This document shows, piece after piece, positions 36,021 through 45,400 of a DNA stretch of 53,623 nucleotides; the first letter of the stretch is position 1, and each line of letters begins with the position of its first letter. Both the position numbers and the translations under genes were made by a program. Source of the stretch: a virus. Its lineage: Duplodnaviria; Caudoviricetes. The notes under the pieces are model-generated. The model was not told where the DNA came from and ran no database searches. It saw nothing but the letters and a program-made list of their open reading frames with translations. The DNA is taken from positions 1-53,623 of the IMG/VR virus record IMGVR_UViG_3300044500_000026; one strand, written 5' to 3'.

Positions 36021-36472
36021 TGGCAGAGATGGAAGACATCCAAGTAGATACCTGGTACTACAACACGAGGACCAAGGAGTATAGAAAGCTCATGCCTGGT
36101 GGGGTACTGGAGGCAGATAGCCCAAACTCTTTGTATCCTTGGGTTGAAGTAGACATCACAGATGCTCCGACAGCGATCAACAATTTATTCAAAGAGTCCA
36201 TCCTCACAGAAGCCAAGCGCCTGGTCGAGGGTGGAGAGCGGAACCAGAGCTACGGACCTCCTGAGATGGACTTCAAGCGCATTGCTCAAATGATGAATGC
36301 TCTCTTCTTAGGCAAGCTCGCACCAGGAGAGATTTTCAAGCCTGCTGATGTAGCAAGGATCATGATCTGCCTCAAGCTCTCACGCTCTATGTGGCAGAGT
36401 AAGCGAGATAACTTCGTAGACATCGCAGGTTACGCAGCTTGTGGGCATCGCTGCGAGACCGGGGAGTGGTGA
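36020..36472 (+). CDS. DUF6378-like protein
   Basis: ILTEAKRLV...RNQSYGPP...FKRIA...DVARIMICLKLSR...DNFVDIAGYAAC. Confidence 0.8.
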   Translation: MAEMEDIQVDTWYYNTRTKEYRKLMPGGVLEADSPNSLYPWVEVDITDAPTAINNLFKESILTEAKRLVEGGERNQSYGPPEMDFKRIAQMMNALFLGKLAPGEIFKPADVARIMICLKLSRSMWQSKRDNFVDIAGYAACGHRCETGEW

Positions 36473-36623
36473 TGGACAAGAAGGACAATGTAAAACCCTG
36501 CTGTCTCAGAGCAGCACGGATTATAGCAAAGTGGTGGAGTGATTATGAGGGGGTAGACATGGTCTCAGATGAGGAGCTAAAGAAGGTTTTACTTTCGGGT
36601 ACTAATCCGTGGGCGGCAGCACG

Positions 36624-37106
36624 ATGAGCGAAGATCGCGACTTAATGATAGCGCGGGCGTTGGCCGCTGATTATGGCTTAAGCGCGGACGTAGATGACAG
36701 CTACTTGCTGACCATCATCGCCGCGGTCGATGCTTCGCTCGGGGGTGTCGAGCAGGGGGCGGTTACGGACTGCGGGCAGCCTCCTGAACTATCGGCCAAG
36801 GCCGCTGCACCCGCAGTAGTAGCGGCGACTAACGCGCAAGCGGCCGAGCCCCAGGGCGATGACATCGTTTGGCCGGATACTAAAATCGTGACTACTGTTA
36901 ACCCTTATGCGAACGGCTACCGTGAGGCCAAGAGCGAGGCGGTGGGGCTGATGCGTGACGTTGCCTGGTATCCCGACGTGCCGTGTTGGTGCGGAGATGA
37001 GTACCACGACCCGAGGAACGACACGGGCTATGTCCATGAGGCTACATGCCTGGCTGCCGCCAAGTACATCGCCGCCTTCGAGGCGGAGCAGGAGAAGGGG
37101 GAGTGA
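36624..37106 (+). CDS. Hypothetical protein (GC-rich island)
   Basis: Start ATG 36624; PCWC...HEATC motif. Confidence 0.55.
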   Translation: MSEDRDLMIARALAADYGLSADVDDSYLLTIIAAVDASLGGVEQGAVTDCGQPPELSAKAAAPAVVAATNAQAAEPQGDDIVWPDTKIVTTVNPYANGYREAKSEAVGLMRDVAWYPDVPCWCGDEYHDPRNDTGYVHEATCLAAAKYIAAFEAEQEKGE

Positions 37107-37348
37107 TGGTGCGCGAAAAAGACTTGCCGATCTTTGACGCCAAGGGCCGCGAGATTCACATCGGCGACACGGTTTTACAGGGCATGCGCGAAGGCGATCC
37201 GAAGGGGTGGACCGAGCTGATTATGGTCCGCTCTCGGATTGACGACGAGATTCTAGGCGAGGACCCGGTAACTCACGAGCGGCAGGAGTTTGGGCACAAC
37301 CCAAAGCTGACTGGCGTGATCCACTGCCCGCACGAAGCCAAGCCATGA
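37106..37348 (+). CDS. Hypothetical protein with a YopX-like DxxGREIxxGD motif
   Basis: FDAKGREIHIGDTV. Confidence 0.5.
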   Translation: MVREKDLPIFDAKGREIHIGDTVLQGMREGDPKGWTELIMVRSRIDDEILGEDPVTHERQEFGHNPKLTGVIHCPHEAKP

Positions 37349-37578
37349 CCCCGGACCTTGCGCTTGCCAACTTTCTGCGCCAGGCGTCGATCGCCATCAT
37401 GGAAGGCGAGATTGGCCCGCCCGAGTACATTGCTTGGGACTACGAAGGGACGTCCCCGCCCTACTACCACGTCTATGGAGACAATGGCGTGATTGCGACA
37501 TGGGAAGCTGCCGAGTCGCCTGAGCGCTCGAAGCTCGTGGGGCTCTTGTGCGACGAGCTGAAAGGTGAGAAGCCATGA
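37345..37578 (+). CDS. Hypothetical protein
   Basis: ATGA-coupled; starts MTPD. Confidence 0.55.
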   Translation: MTPDLALANFLRQASIAIMEGEIGPPEYIAWDYEGTSPPYYHVYGDNGVIATWEAAESPERSKLVGLLCDELKGEKP

Positions 37579-37865
37579 CCCCGGACCCCGCGCGGCTGGC
37601 GGCGGAGAGGGCGTTGGCGGAAGCATTCAGAGCAACTTACGACGGCCCCTCGGATTGGGCCGAGGACTGCGCCCGCATCGCCGCCGACTTCGCGGAGCGG
37701 TTGGCGCGATCGCATGGTGAGGCCGTGCGGTTTCCTCTCGGCGTTTCGGTGCAACCCGATGACCCGATGATCGGGCTCAAGCTCATCCATGCACGCAACA
37801 AGGCCTGGGCGGTTGCTGACGCATCGCTCCCCTGGGCCGAGGCGACGAAGGAGGGCGGGGAGTGA
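37575..37865 (+). CDS. Hypothetical protein
   Basis: ATGA-coupled; starts MTPD. Confidence 0.55.
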   Translation: MTPDPARLAAERALAEAFRATYDGPSDWAEDCARIAADFAERLARSHGEAVRFPLGVSVQPDDPMIGLKLIHARNKAWAVADASLPWAEATKEGGE

Positions 37866-38110
37866 CTCCTGAAGAAGAACAAGCTCATTTGCTCAACATA
37901 GCTACTCGGCAGACAGCAAGTCAGTTCATGCAAGAGCGAGCAGATTTCTCTTTCCAACTGGCTAAGCTTAACGATCAGCTTCGGGAGATCCGCTGGCAAC
38001 AGTACGTCCTGCTCCATGCGATCTATCGGCTTGGTCCTCGTAAATCAGATCCAGAAGGAGGAGGAGCTAACTCTCCTCGCTTCCCCCCTATCCCTGAGGA
38101 CTTCAAGTAA
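37862..38110 (+). CDS. Hypothetical protein
   Basis: GTGA-coupled; starts MTPE. Confidence 0.5.
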   Translation: MTPEEEQAHLLNIATRQTASQFMQERADFSFQLAKLNDQLREIRWQQYVLLHAIYRLGPRKSDPEGGGANSPRFPPIPEDFK

Positions 38111-38433
38111 TGCCAGCGAGAACAGGTAAAGGCAGACGAGACAAGGGTCGTAAGTTCGAGCTCAAGATCATCAAGGATCTCTGGAATGGGGAGCCACCCT
38201 GGAAGCTGAATGAGTCCCCGGACTCAGGCTTCAGGGCACCCCCACCTTTCGATCAATGGCATCTCGAGATGAAGAACCAGGAGAGCTTGAACATCTGGGC
38301 TGCCCTCCAACAGGCAGAAGAGACCTGTAACGAAGAGGCTTGGCCTAACTACGCAGTGATCTTCACGAGGAGCAGGACCCCAGAGTATGTGGCTATTGCT
38401 TACGAGACCTGGAAGAGGTTGGTGAGGAAGTGA
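38110..38433 (+). CDS. Holliday junction resolvase-like PD-(D/E)XK nuclease
   Basis: KGRKFE...WHLEMKNQESLNIWAALQQA...AVIFTRSR. Confidence 0.7.
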   Translation: MPARTGKGRRDKGRKFELKIIKDLWNGEPPWKLNESPDSGFRAPPPFDQWHLEMKNQESLNIWAALQQAEETCNEEAWPNYAVIFTRSRTPEYVAIAYETWKRLVRK

Positions 38434-38708
38434 GCATCTTTGATTGGATCAGAAAGAAGCTGAAGTCGGAGCCTCGGCTCCCAGCTGACTGGGTACAGTC
38501 TAGACCATGTGCTCGCTGTGGTACACCAGAGCCCTATGTTCCTTTTCCACACCACTGTCTTCCTCCTCGAGAGGACGAGCAACCAACCTTTGTTTGTGTA
38601 CACTGTGGGCATAAGGAATACGAAGGCCAGTCCTCTGTTCATTCCTGTGGCAATAGCCTTACTGGGCAGCCCCATGACAACAGGGGACCCCGCTGGATGT
38701 ACTCATGA
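38430..38708 (+). CDS. Zn-ribbon protein
   Basis: CARC...HHC...CVHC...HSC. Confidence 0.55.
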   Translation: MSIFDWIRKKLKSEPRLPADWVQSRPCARCGTPEPYVPFPHHCLPPREDEQPTFVCVHCGHKEYEGQSSVHSCGNSLTGQPHDNRGPRWMYS

Positions 38709-38814
38709 TCACAGACCAGAAACTACGCTGCCTGCTCTGGGTACTCGTCATCCTGGCTTCGATCGCTGCTTCTGCCTTGATCATCTTTGGTGAGTACATC
38801 TTCAGAGGATAGCT

Positions 38815-39024
38815 ATGTCTGTAGAGCAGTGGGTCATCCTTACTTTGGCAGGTGCAGGAGTGGCTGCTGCTTTTATGCTAGTCGCTTTGCTCATCTGCTT
38901 GGCTGATGATTATAGCAATGCTCTCAGCTGGGGTCTCTCTGTCTTCTTTGGCTACCTGGCTTGTGCTGTCTTTGCTTGGGGGATCTTTGTCATCATCAAT
39001 GTCTTGAGAGGGGAGATACCGTAG
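38815..39024 (+). CDS. Small two-TM membrane protein
   Basis: Two long hydrophobic segments. Confidence 0.5.
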   Translation: MSVEQWVILTLAGAGVAAAFMLVALLICLADDYSNALSWGLSVFFGYLACAVFAWGIFVIINVLRGEIP

Positions 39025-39025
39025 C

Positions 39026-39262
39026 ATGAGCTACAAGATCTTCTGCGACTACTGCGGGCGAGAGATCCTGGATAAACAGAAGACTGCCCGCGTGAAGGTA
39101 TATATCCTTGAGCCTTACCATGCCAGTGATTATGAGGCGAGGGCCACATTCTCCATCGATGTGCTTTGTGCTTTCTGTACGACACTCTTCAGGGGGACTA
39201 TCGCGCCATGGAAATCACCGCCTACGACCTTGCCCAACGATTCATCGGAGTCAAAGAAGTAG
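39026..39262 (+). CDS. Zn-ribbon micro-protein
   Basis: FCDYCGREI...LCAFC. Confidence 0.55.
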   Translation: MSYKIFCDYCGREILDKQKTARVKVYILEPYHASDYEARATFSIDVLCAFCTTLFRGTIAPWKSPPTTLPNDSSESKK

Positions 39263-39624
39263 AGGGACTTGCCTCGAACCCGATGATCCTCTCTATGCTG
39301 AAGCTCGATGATGCTTGGCCTGAGGACGACTCCGTCCCTTGGTGCTCAGCCTTCGTCAACTACGTCTGCTGGTTGCTGAGACTACCTCGGTCGAAAAGCT
39401 TGGCGGCTCGTAGTTGGCTTGGAGTAGGGCTACCTATTACCATGCAAGCAACCGTGGGGTTTGACATCGTTGTCTTCTCACGAGGAGAGACAGGTGGGCA
39501 TGTGGGCTTCTACGCAGGACAGGATCAACAGTTCATCCAAGTACTCGGGGGTAATCAGAGCAACAGTGTTCGTGTCTCCGATTACCCCCGAGCGAAACTA
39601 CTAGGTATCCGAAGGCTAGCTTAG
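39208..39624 (+). CDS. Endolysin, NlpC/P60 (TIGR02594-like) peptidoglycan peptidase
   Basis: Start ATG 39208; GVKEVEG...NPMIL...DSVPWCSAFV (catalytic Cys), AARSW, GHVGF (His), VLGGNQSNSV. Confidence 0.88.
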   Translation: MEITAYDLAQRFIGVKEVEGLASNPMILSMLKLDDAWPEDDSVPWCSAFVNYVCWLLRLPRSKSLAARSWLGVGLPITMQATVGFDIVVFSRGETGGHVGFYAGQDQQFIQVLGGNQSNSVRVSDYPRAKLLGIRRLA

Positions 39625-40101
39625 CTTCTTGGTGAAGATCCAATCGATGAGACGTGCTGCGAACTGAGCGCCCAGAAGCACCCAGAGCCTGCCGGTTGCC
39701 TTCGCTGTCTCAACGACAGGAGCCACCAAGGTCGAGTCCTGCGCCAACACCTTGGCTACAAAGATAGAACTCACCAAGAGAGCGATGAAGATCCCCATGT
39801 TCTGGACGACTTCCTTGGATGCCAGTATGGGTACCTGCTGCTTCACTGCCTTCACAGGATTGACCATAGCGTTGACCGCAGCTCTCGTACCCGTAAGGAT
39901 CAAGAAGAGGATTACTCCCTCCCCGATCCCAGCAGCCAGGGTGAGGTCCGTCGTCACAATCACATAGGCCGTAGCCACGGCAGCAATGACTGCTGAGAGC
40001 ACCTCCCTCCAGAGGGTCGGTACCCAGAGCTTCATGACCGAGATCACCTGGGGGATCAAGATCAACATCCAGGTCGGGAAGAAGAGTAGTTCCTCCATCA
40101 C
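39616..40101 (-). CDS. Holin-like multi-TM membrane protein
   Basis: Several hydrophobic helices; converges on the endolysin gene. Confidence 0.55.
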   Translation of the reverse strand: MMEELLFFPTWMLILIPQVISVMKLWVPTLWREVLSAVIAAVATAYVIVTTDLTLAAGIGEGVILFLILTGTRAAVNAMVNPVKAVKQQVPILASKEVVQNMGIFIALLVSSIFVAKVLAQDSTLVAPVVETAKATGRLWVLLGAQFAARLIDWIFTKKLS

Positions 40102-40112
40102 CTATCCTTTCG

Positions 40113-40238
40113 TCAAACGAGCGTAGACGCTGCAAAGAATGCGAGCCCGAGGGCTAGCATCGTCACGCCCCAAGGATTCACTCCGAAGGTCGCTAGCACG
40201 AAGCACACGAGCGAAGCTACAGCCAATGCCCTTCCCAT
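40113..40238 (-). CDS. 41-aa two-TM membrane peptide
   Basis: Hand translation MGRALAVASLVCFVLATFGVNPWGVTMLALGLAFFAASTLV; GGAGG RBS. Confidence 0.6.
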   Translation of the reverse strand: MGRALAVASLVCFVLATFGVNPWGVTMLALGLAFFAASTLV

Positions 40239-40247
40239 CGTGTCCTC

Positions 40248-41114
40248 CTAGTTCCAGCTGAAGTTACGGTACGCAATCTGAGGCATACCGCCGAAGTTCG
40301 TAAGCCCGTCCATGTTCCCGACACCTGCACACCCTGGGTTCACAGAGGCTGGGTGGATCGTGATGATCCTTTCCCTCGATACCCCACCCACGGTCAAGCG
40401 TAGCCAGAGCTTGTCGGTTGCTCTCCGCTCCCAGTCGAGGGTCAGACGGATCCACTGGTTGACCCCAGCAATGGGGATCCCCGTATCCCAGACATCTACG
40501 ACGGCATCCAGGTTGCCATTCCGGAGGAACCACCTATTCCCATTCCCATCCAGGTTGTAGGTATGGATGTACCAGCGGCTATGAGAAGGCTCGATGTCAG
40601 GGCGGAGCCACCCCTGCTGCCAGTTCCTTCCCACCGACTTGTGGGAGGAGGCAGCTGTGAAGAGGTGCCCCCCACCCGCATCCTGAGGGATCTGGGCAGT
40701 CCGAAAGAGCACCTCAATCGAGGCCCTACCCACCGCCTGGGGGGTGAGCGAAGTGATCTTGTAAGCCTCGGCATTCGACTTCATGACCCCCAAGGAGCCC
40801 TCGGTCGTGAAGTTCCTGGACTCATCCCCGCACCACCCATCCCACCACGCTGAGAGGGCCTGGTAGCCCTCCAGACAGTCTCCTGAGCCCGGAGGGGGTG
40901 GAGGGACGGTCGTCGTGTCCGGAGGGGGTACAGAGCCTCCTATGGAGTCCAGGTAGGCCTTGGCGGCTGCCCTCCCGGCGAGAGCTCCCGCCGCCTTGGC
41001 CTCTTGGAGCTTGAGCTCGTCACAGTCCTCACAGGGACCAGCCTTGACTACTACACTAGTGATGACTAGTAGGATGCCAAGGAGATAGGCCCAGAGGACG
41101 TACTTCAAGCGCAT
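40248..41114 (-). CDS. Exported protein with Pro-rich linker and Trp-rich lectin-like domain
   Basis: Start moved to ATG 41114 (AAAGGAG RBS); signal-like MRLKYVLWAYLLGILLVITSVVVKA; PPPDTTTVPPPPP linker; NQWIRLTLDW beta-sandwich pattern. Confidence 0.6.
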   Translation of the reverse strand: MRLKYVLWAYLLGILLVITSVVVKAGPCEDCDELKLQEAKAAGALAGRAAAKAYLDSIGGSVPPPDTTTVPPPPPGSGDCLEGYQALSAWWDGWCGDESRNFTTEGSLGVMKSNAEAYKITSLTPQAVGRASIEVLFRTAQIPQDAGGGHLFTAASSHKSVGRNWQQGWLRPDIEPSHSRWYIHTYNLDGNGNRWFLRNGNLDAVVDVWDTGIPIAGVNQWIRLTLDWERRATDKLWLRLTVGGVSRERIITIHPASVNPGCAGVGNMDGLTNFGGMPQIAYRNFSWN

Positions 41115-41124
41115 GCGGTCTCCT

Positions 41125-41610
41125 TTACGGGGTCTTGGGTTCGATGAGCCCAGGGGTAAGGCCCAGGTTGGCTGCCAAGGCACCCAGGACGGTGTAGGTC
41201 ACGGTGTCCTGGATCAGGACCACCCCACCGCCCAGGTCGGCATCAGCCTCCACAAGGAAGCTCGAGTCTCCTGGGTTATCCGAGGAGCGAAGACGGAAGG
41301 TACGGTCATCTACCAGGGAGACGGTCGAGTCCCCACCGATCGAGGTGACGGTGATTGGGCCATCGAGCTGTGCTGGCTGACCCGTCGTGGTCGTAGGATT
41401 GACTGCAATCGTGATCTGCTCTTCATTGGTCGTCGTGACAGTGAGAGGCATGTGCATCCTTTCTTTGGGGCTCACTGGCCCTATGGAGTAAGCGAAGAAA
41501 AGGTCGTGTGGTGCCTCCTCTTCGTCTTCGAGTGCCCTGGCGATACGCCTAAGGGATCTGTTGATTCGCTTGAGCTGTCGCTCAAGCTTCGAGTAGCAGA
41601 ACCAGCTCAT
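41125..41610 (-). CDS. Ig-like beta-rich protein
   Basis: Beta-rich MPLTVTTTNEEQITIAVNP...VEADADLG segment with its own internal AAAGGA RBS. Confidence 0.5.
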   Translation of the reverse strand: MSWFCYSKLERQLKRINRSLRRIARALEDEEEAPHDLFFAYSIGPVSPKERMHMPLTVTTTNEEQITIAVNPTTTTGQPAQLDGPITVTSIGGDSTVSLVDDRTFRLRSSDNPGDSSFLVEADADLGGGVVLIQDTVTYTVLGALAANLGLTPGLIEPKTP

Positions 41611-41882
41611 TTGTACCCATTAGCTTTCTGCCTCAATGCCCGCACCAGAGCAAGCTTCCTTTCGAACTCGGCAGCGGTTTGCTCTGGGCTAATGAGAGCC
41701 GAGAGTACCTCAATCGCCTTGGTTTGGTCATCGATACACTCTGTCTGCCTATCGAGAGCACGTTTGATCCCATCAAAGTAGCGAGGAACAAGTACTCGGA
41801 CCGTCCAGATCGCACCACCTAGCACTAGCACCAGAGCCAAGCCCTGAGTACTGAGAAGTGAAATGATCTGCTCAGCTGTCAC
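41607..41882 (-). CDS. Single-TM holin-like protein
   Basis: N-terminal TM (QGLALVLVLGGAIW) followed by a coiled coil. Confidence 0.5.
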   Translation of the reverse strand: MTAEQIISLLSTQGLALVLVLGGAIWTVRVLVPRYFDGIKRALDRQTECIDDQTKAIEVLSALISPEQTAAEFERKLALVRALRQKANGYK

Positions 41883-42496
41883 TCCACAGATTCCTCCTGG
41901 GGACTGCCATTCAGCTCATCGATCTCGCTTCGGAGGGCATCGATCTTGAGACCTCCTGCGAAGCCCAAGACATCCTTCACATGGATGATAATCACGGGGA
42001 CTCCCTCTTCGGGATCCTCCCCCTCATCGAACCACTCCGGCTCGACGGTCGTCTTCACCCGCACGTCCCCGTGATATCGACCCCACACGACCCTGTCTCC
42101 AATCTTGAAGGGACAGCGCCAAGGTGGAGAGATGAGCTCCTCTTCCGACCGCTCCCACTCATCCCACAAGGGATGCTCTGGGTCATAGCCGGTACCCAAG
42201 CCAATGACCACACCTACGGTGGGGCGGTACTTGGTAGCTGCTTGATCCGGGATCACGATCCCACCCTTGGAGACCCGCTCCTCAGGCTCTTGAAGCACTA
42301 CGATCCGCTTCCCATTGGGGATGAAGTGAGGCTTAGGCAACCTCCCCTTCTTCGTCCAATCCACGGTGAAGTCTTCTTCGTAAGCTTTGGGCACAGCAAC
42401 AGTCCTTGCATTCCGTGCCATCTGAGCAATCTCCGCAAGCTGTGCCTGAGCCTCGGGATTCATTCCCGGTTGTGGGATACGATGATTCGTCTTCAT
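41879..42496 (-). CDS. groES: Co-chaperonin GroES homologue
   Basis: PNGKRIVV, SKGGIVIPD mobile loop, GVVIGLGTG, KIGDRVVWGRYHG, IIIHVKDVLG. Confidence 0.88.
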   Translation of the reverse strand: MKTNHRIPQPGMNPEAQAQLAEIAQMARNARTVAVPKAYEEDFTVDWTKKGRLPKPHFIPNGKRIVVLQEPEERVSKGGIVIPDQAATKYRPTVGVVIGLGTGYDPEHPLWDEWERSEEELISPPWRCPFKIGDRVVWGRYHGDVRVKTTVEPEWFDEGEDPEEGVPVIIIHVKDVLGFAGGLKIDALRSEIDELNGSPQEESVE

Positions 42497-45400
42497 TTCA
42501 TCAGGTCCTCGAAGACATCCTGTTGAGGGACGCTCTTGGGGTGGGCTTTGTCCCAGACCATGGTGGGGTTGTCGAAGTAGTCTGGGAAGGCATCGTACAA
42601 GTAGGGATAGGTCTGTTGCTTCGTCAGCTTCTTCGAGTCTTGGAAGACTCGTAAGAGACGAGGCAGTGCTTGATCTAAGATCCGATCCTCGAACATTGCT
42701 TTGATGGGTAATCCCTGTGACTCCGCTGCTTCCATCAATTCCTTCATGCGAGGGGACTTCATGGCGACATCCAAGGGTTGACCCTCATGGCGCTGGACCT
42801 CAACCAACATCTCATCAACAAGATCTGACATAAGGCTCTGCCACACTCGGTTCAACCGTCGGGTCTCGGTATCGATCCTACGTCTCTGTCGGTCAGAGAC
42901 CGTGGGATAGCCCAGAGCTCGAGCAGGAGTTTCTGAGCGAAGGATGTTAATGATGTTCCGATCCAAGTTCTCAGGGTTTGGGTCAAAGCCTCCTGCTTGT
43001 CCGAACACAGGGCCCTGCTGCTCCGCAGCAGTCAAGCCTGTGAACCCCATAAGCTCTCGATCGTTCTGGATACCAAAAAGCTGAGAGAAAGGATGGGTCG
43101 GCGTATAGAGCCCACCGTGCTCGAGAGAGCGCCAGAAGATCTCTGCCTTCTCTCGTGCTCCTACTGCCGGGATCGCCAAGGTCTCAAGATGACGAGCTAC
43201 TTCCTCCCAGTGACGCTTGGCTTGGTTCGGATCTCCATCCACTTCTTCGTTCACAGCCGACATAAGCGACCAAAGGGCATCGACCGAGGGGCCTGCAGGG
43301 AAGGGAGCTCCTGAACCTTGAGCCGAGGGGATCGAACCAAAGTAGGCCGAGCTCTCAAAGTTGATCCCCCAGGACTTTGTTGCCAAACCCGAGAGCCAGC
43401 CTGTGAAGAGAATGTAGTTCGTAAGTATCCCCATGTCCCCACGACGGAAGGCTGGACCAAAGAGGAACTCACTCTGCTTGGGAAACCAATTGAGCAACTG
43501 GGTAGCATGTGCCAGCGCACCTTGACCGAAGTAATGTCGAACCAGTGGGTTGGCTCCAGCTACTCCCCACACATGGTTCACTTGATCCGAGTGCATCATG
43601 GCTTCGAACATGAGATCGCTCCGCACCTTCGGATCTATTCCTTCACCCTTCAACGCTTGCTTCCACATGATCTTGGTCCCGTTACGAATGTTGTGTTGGT
43701 CCAAAGCCTCGGCTAAACCTACATGCATAGACCACGAACGGTTAATGGCCTCCGACCCCTGCATCCCAAGCTGAGGTTCCATGACATCATTCCAGAAGTC
43801 ACGGAACTGTTTGATCCCCGGCTGAGACCGAAGCTTGAGGCCAAAGTTAGACTTCGGTACTTCCTTTCCGAAGAGTGCTTCGAAGCCCCCAGAGAAGACC
43901 TCTTTAGGCGTGCCATCGAAGGCATGCTTCCAGTGACGAGCTAGCCCTCCCATGGTCCTGAAAGCCCCTGAGGTAGCAGCCTGGTTAGCAAAGCCTTGAC
44001 CAAAGAAGTTGGAGAAGAAGGTAGACATGTTCCCGAAGAGAAGCCCTCGATAGTACCCCGAGAGCACTGCACTCGAGAGTTCGGTTGTCGCACTCACATA
44101 GAGCGGGGTCTTCGTATCCGCTTTGACTGCATGCACCATCTCATCGAAGACCTCAGAGAACTTAGACGGCACACCCTGTAGGTTCTTGAGCCAAAGCTCA
44201 GTAAACTGACGCTTCCGAGGAGGCAGGTTCTTCGCTGCCTCAGCCATCTCTCTCCACGCTGGTTTCAGGACATCCTGTCGGATCATCCCAGCCGAGATAG
44301 CTCGCATAGAATTAGCAATATCATCCGAGGGAGTCATCCCAGGGTAGAGATGCCGCATCACAGGATTGTCCATGACAGGGACATCCGTCAGCTCAGGAGG
44401 GAAGGCTCCACGCCTGAGGACTCCATCCCTCTCTGCAATCAAGAACTCTTCCTCGGGCCAAAGCTTCTTCCCCATCGAGGAGAGAAGACCTTCGTCCGCT
44501 CCTCTCACGACTTGACGATCAGTGAGCCAGGTCTTGAAGTTCTCTCTGAGCTCGGTCGCTACGAGCTGCTCTTTGCCTGAGAGCTTAGCGAGAGCCTGAG
44601 CCTCGGTCTTGTCCGAAGCATCGAGAGCTGCCATGAGCCGCTTCGAGAGCCCACCCTGCCCTCTGGGGCCAGCCTTGCCCAGTAGTTCATTGAGCCCAGA
44701 GAAGGCCTTCGCATGGTCATTGGCCTTGTGCATGGAGTCGAAGAAGCTACGTCGCTGTGCAGTATAGATCCCTCGAGAGATCGTATCGGCAGGGTCGTCG
44801 TAGAGGACATAGCGAGGAGAGAGGAAGCGCTCAAAGAAGTTGATGTCCTTCGACTGCTTGAAGCCGGAAGCGATGGGAGTAGGACCCACCGTTAGCGGTG
44901 GCTCAGCAGTCCTGATCACAGGACCCTCAGGATGAAAGGCATCCAGCTTCTCCGAGGCTCCCTTCGGACGCCCTAGCGACTTCAGCTCCCGCCCCATCTC
45001 CTCGGGAGATCCCTTGAGCTGCATATCGTCTACGACCCCACCCACTCTGTTGTCCACATCCATCAGAGCTTCACGGATCGTAGGGAGAGCACGCTGTGCG
45101 GAAGTCTCGACTCCGTCTGAAGCAATTCCAGAAACGCTTGTGAGGTGGCTCGAGATGTTCCCCGTAGGTGGAGCACCACGGAGAGCTCGTTCCGCCGCCT
45201 GAGACTCAGCAATGTGAGGCGTGAAAGACTCTACGATCTTCTCTCCCACATCGGTTGCAACCTTCACCTTGATCCTCGGAGTTCTCATTACCTCGTAGGC
45301 TCGAGAAGCTCCTCTTCCGAGAGTCTCCACCCCCCTGACGGCACCCTTCGTTCCGACGTTGACCAGCTTGGCTGCTACTCCTGACTCCCCGGCAACGAAG

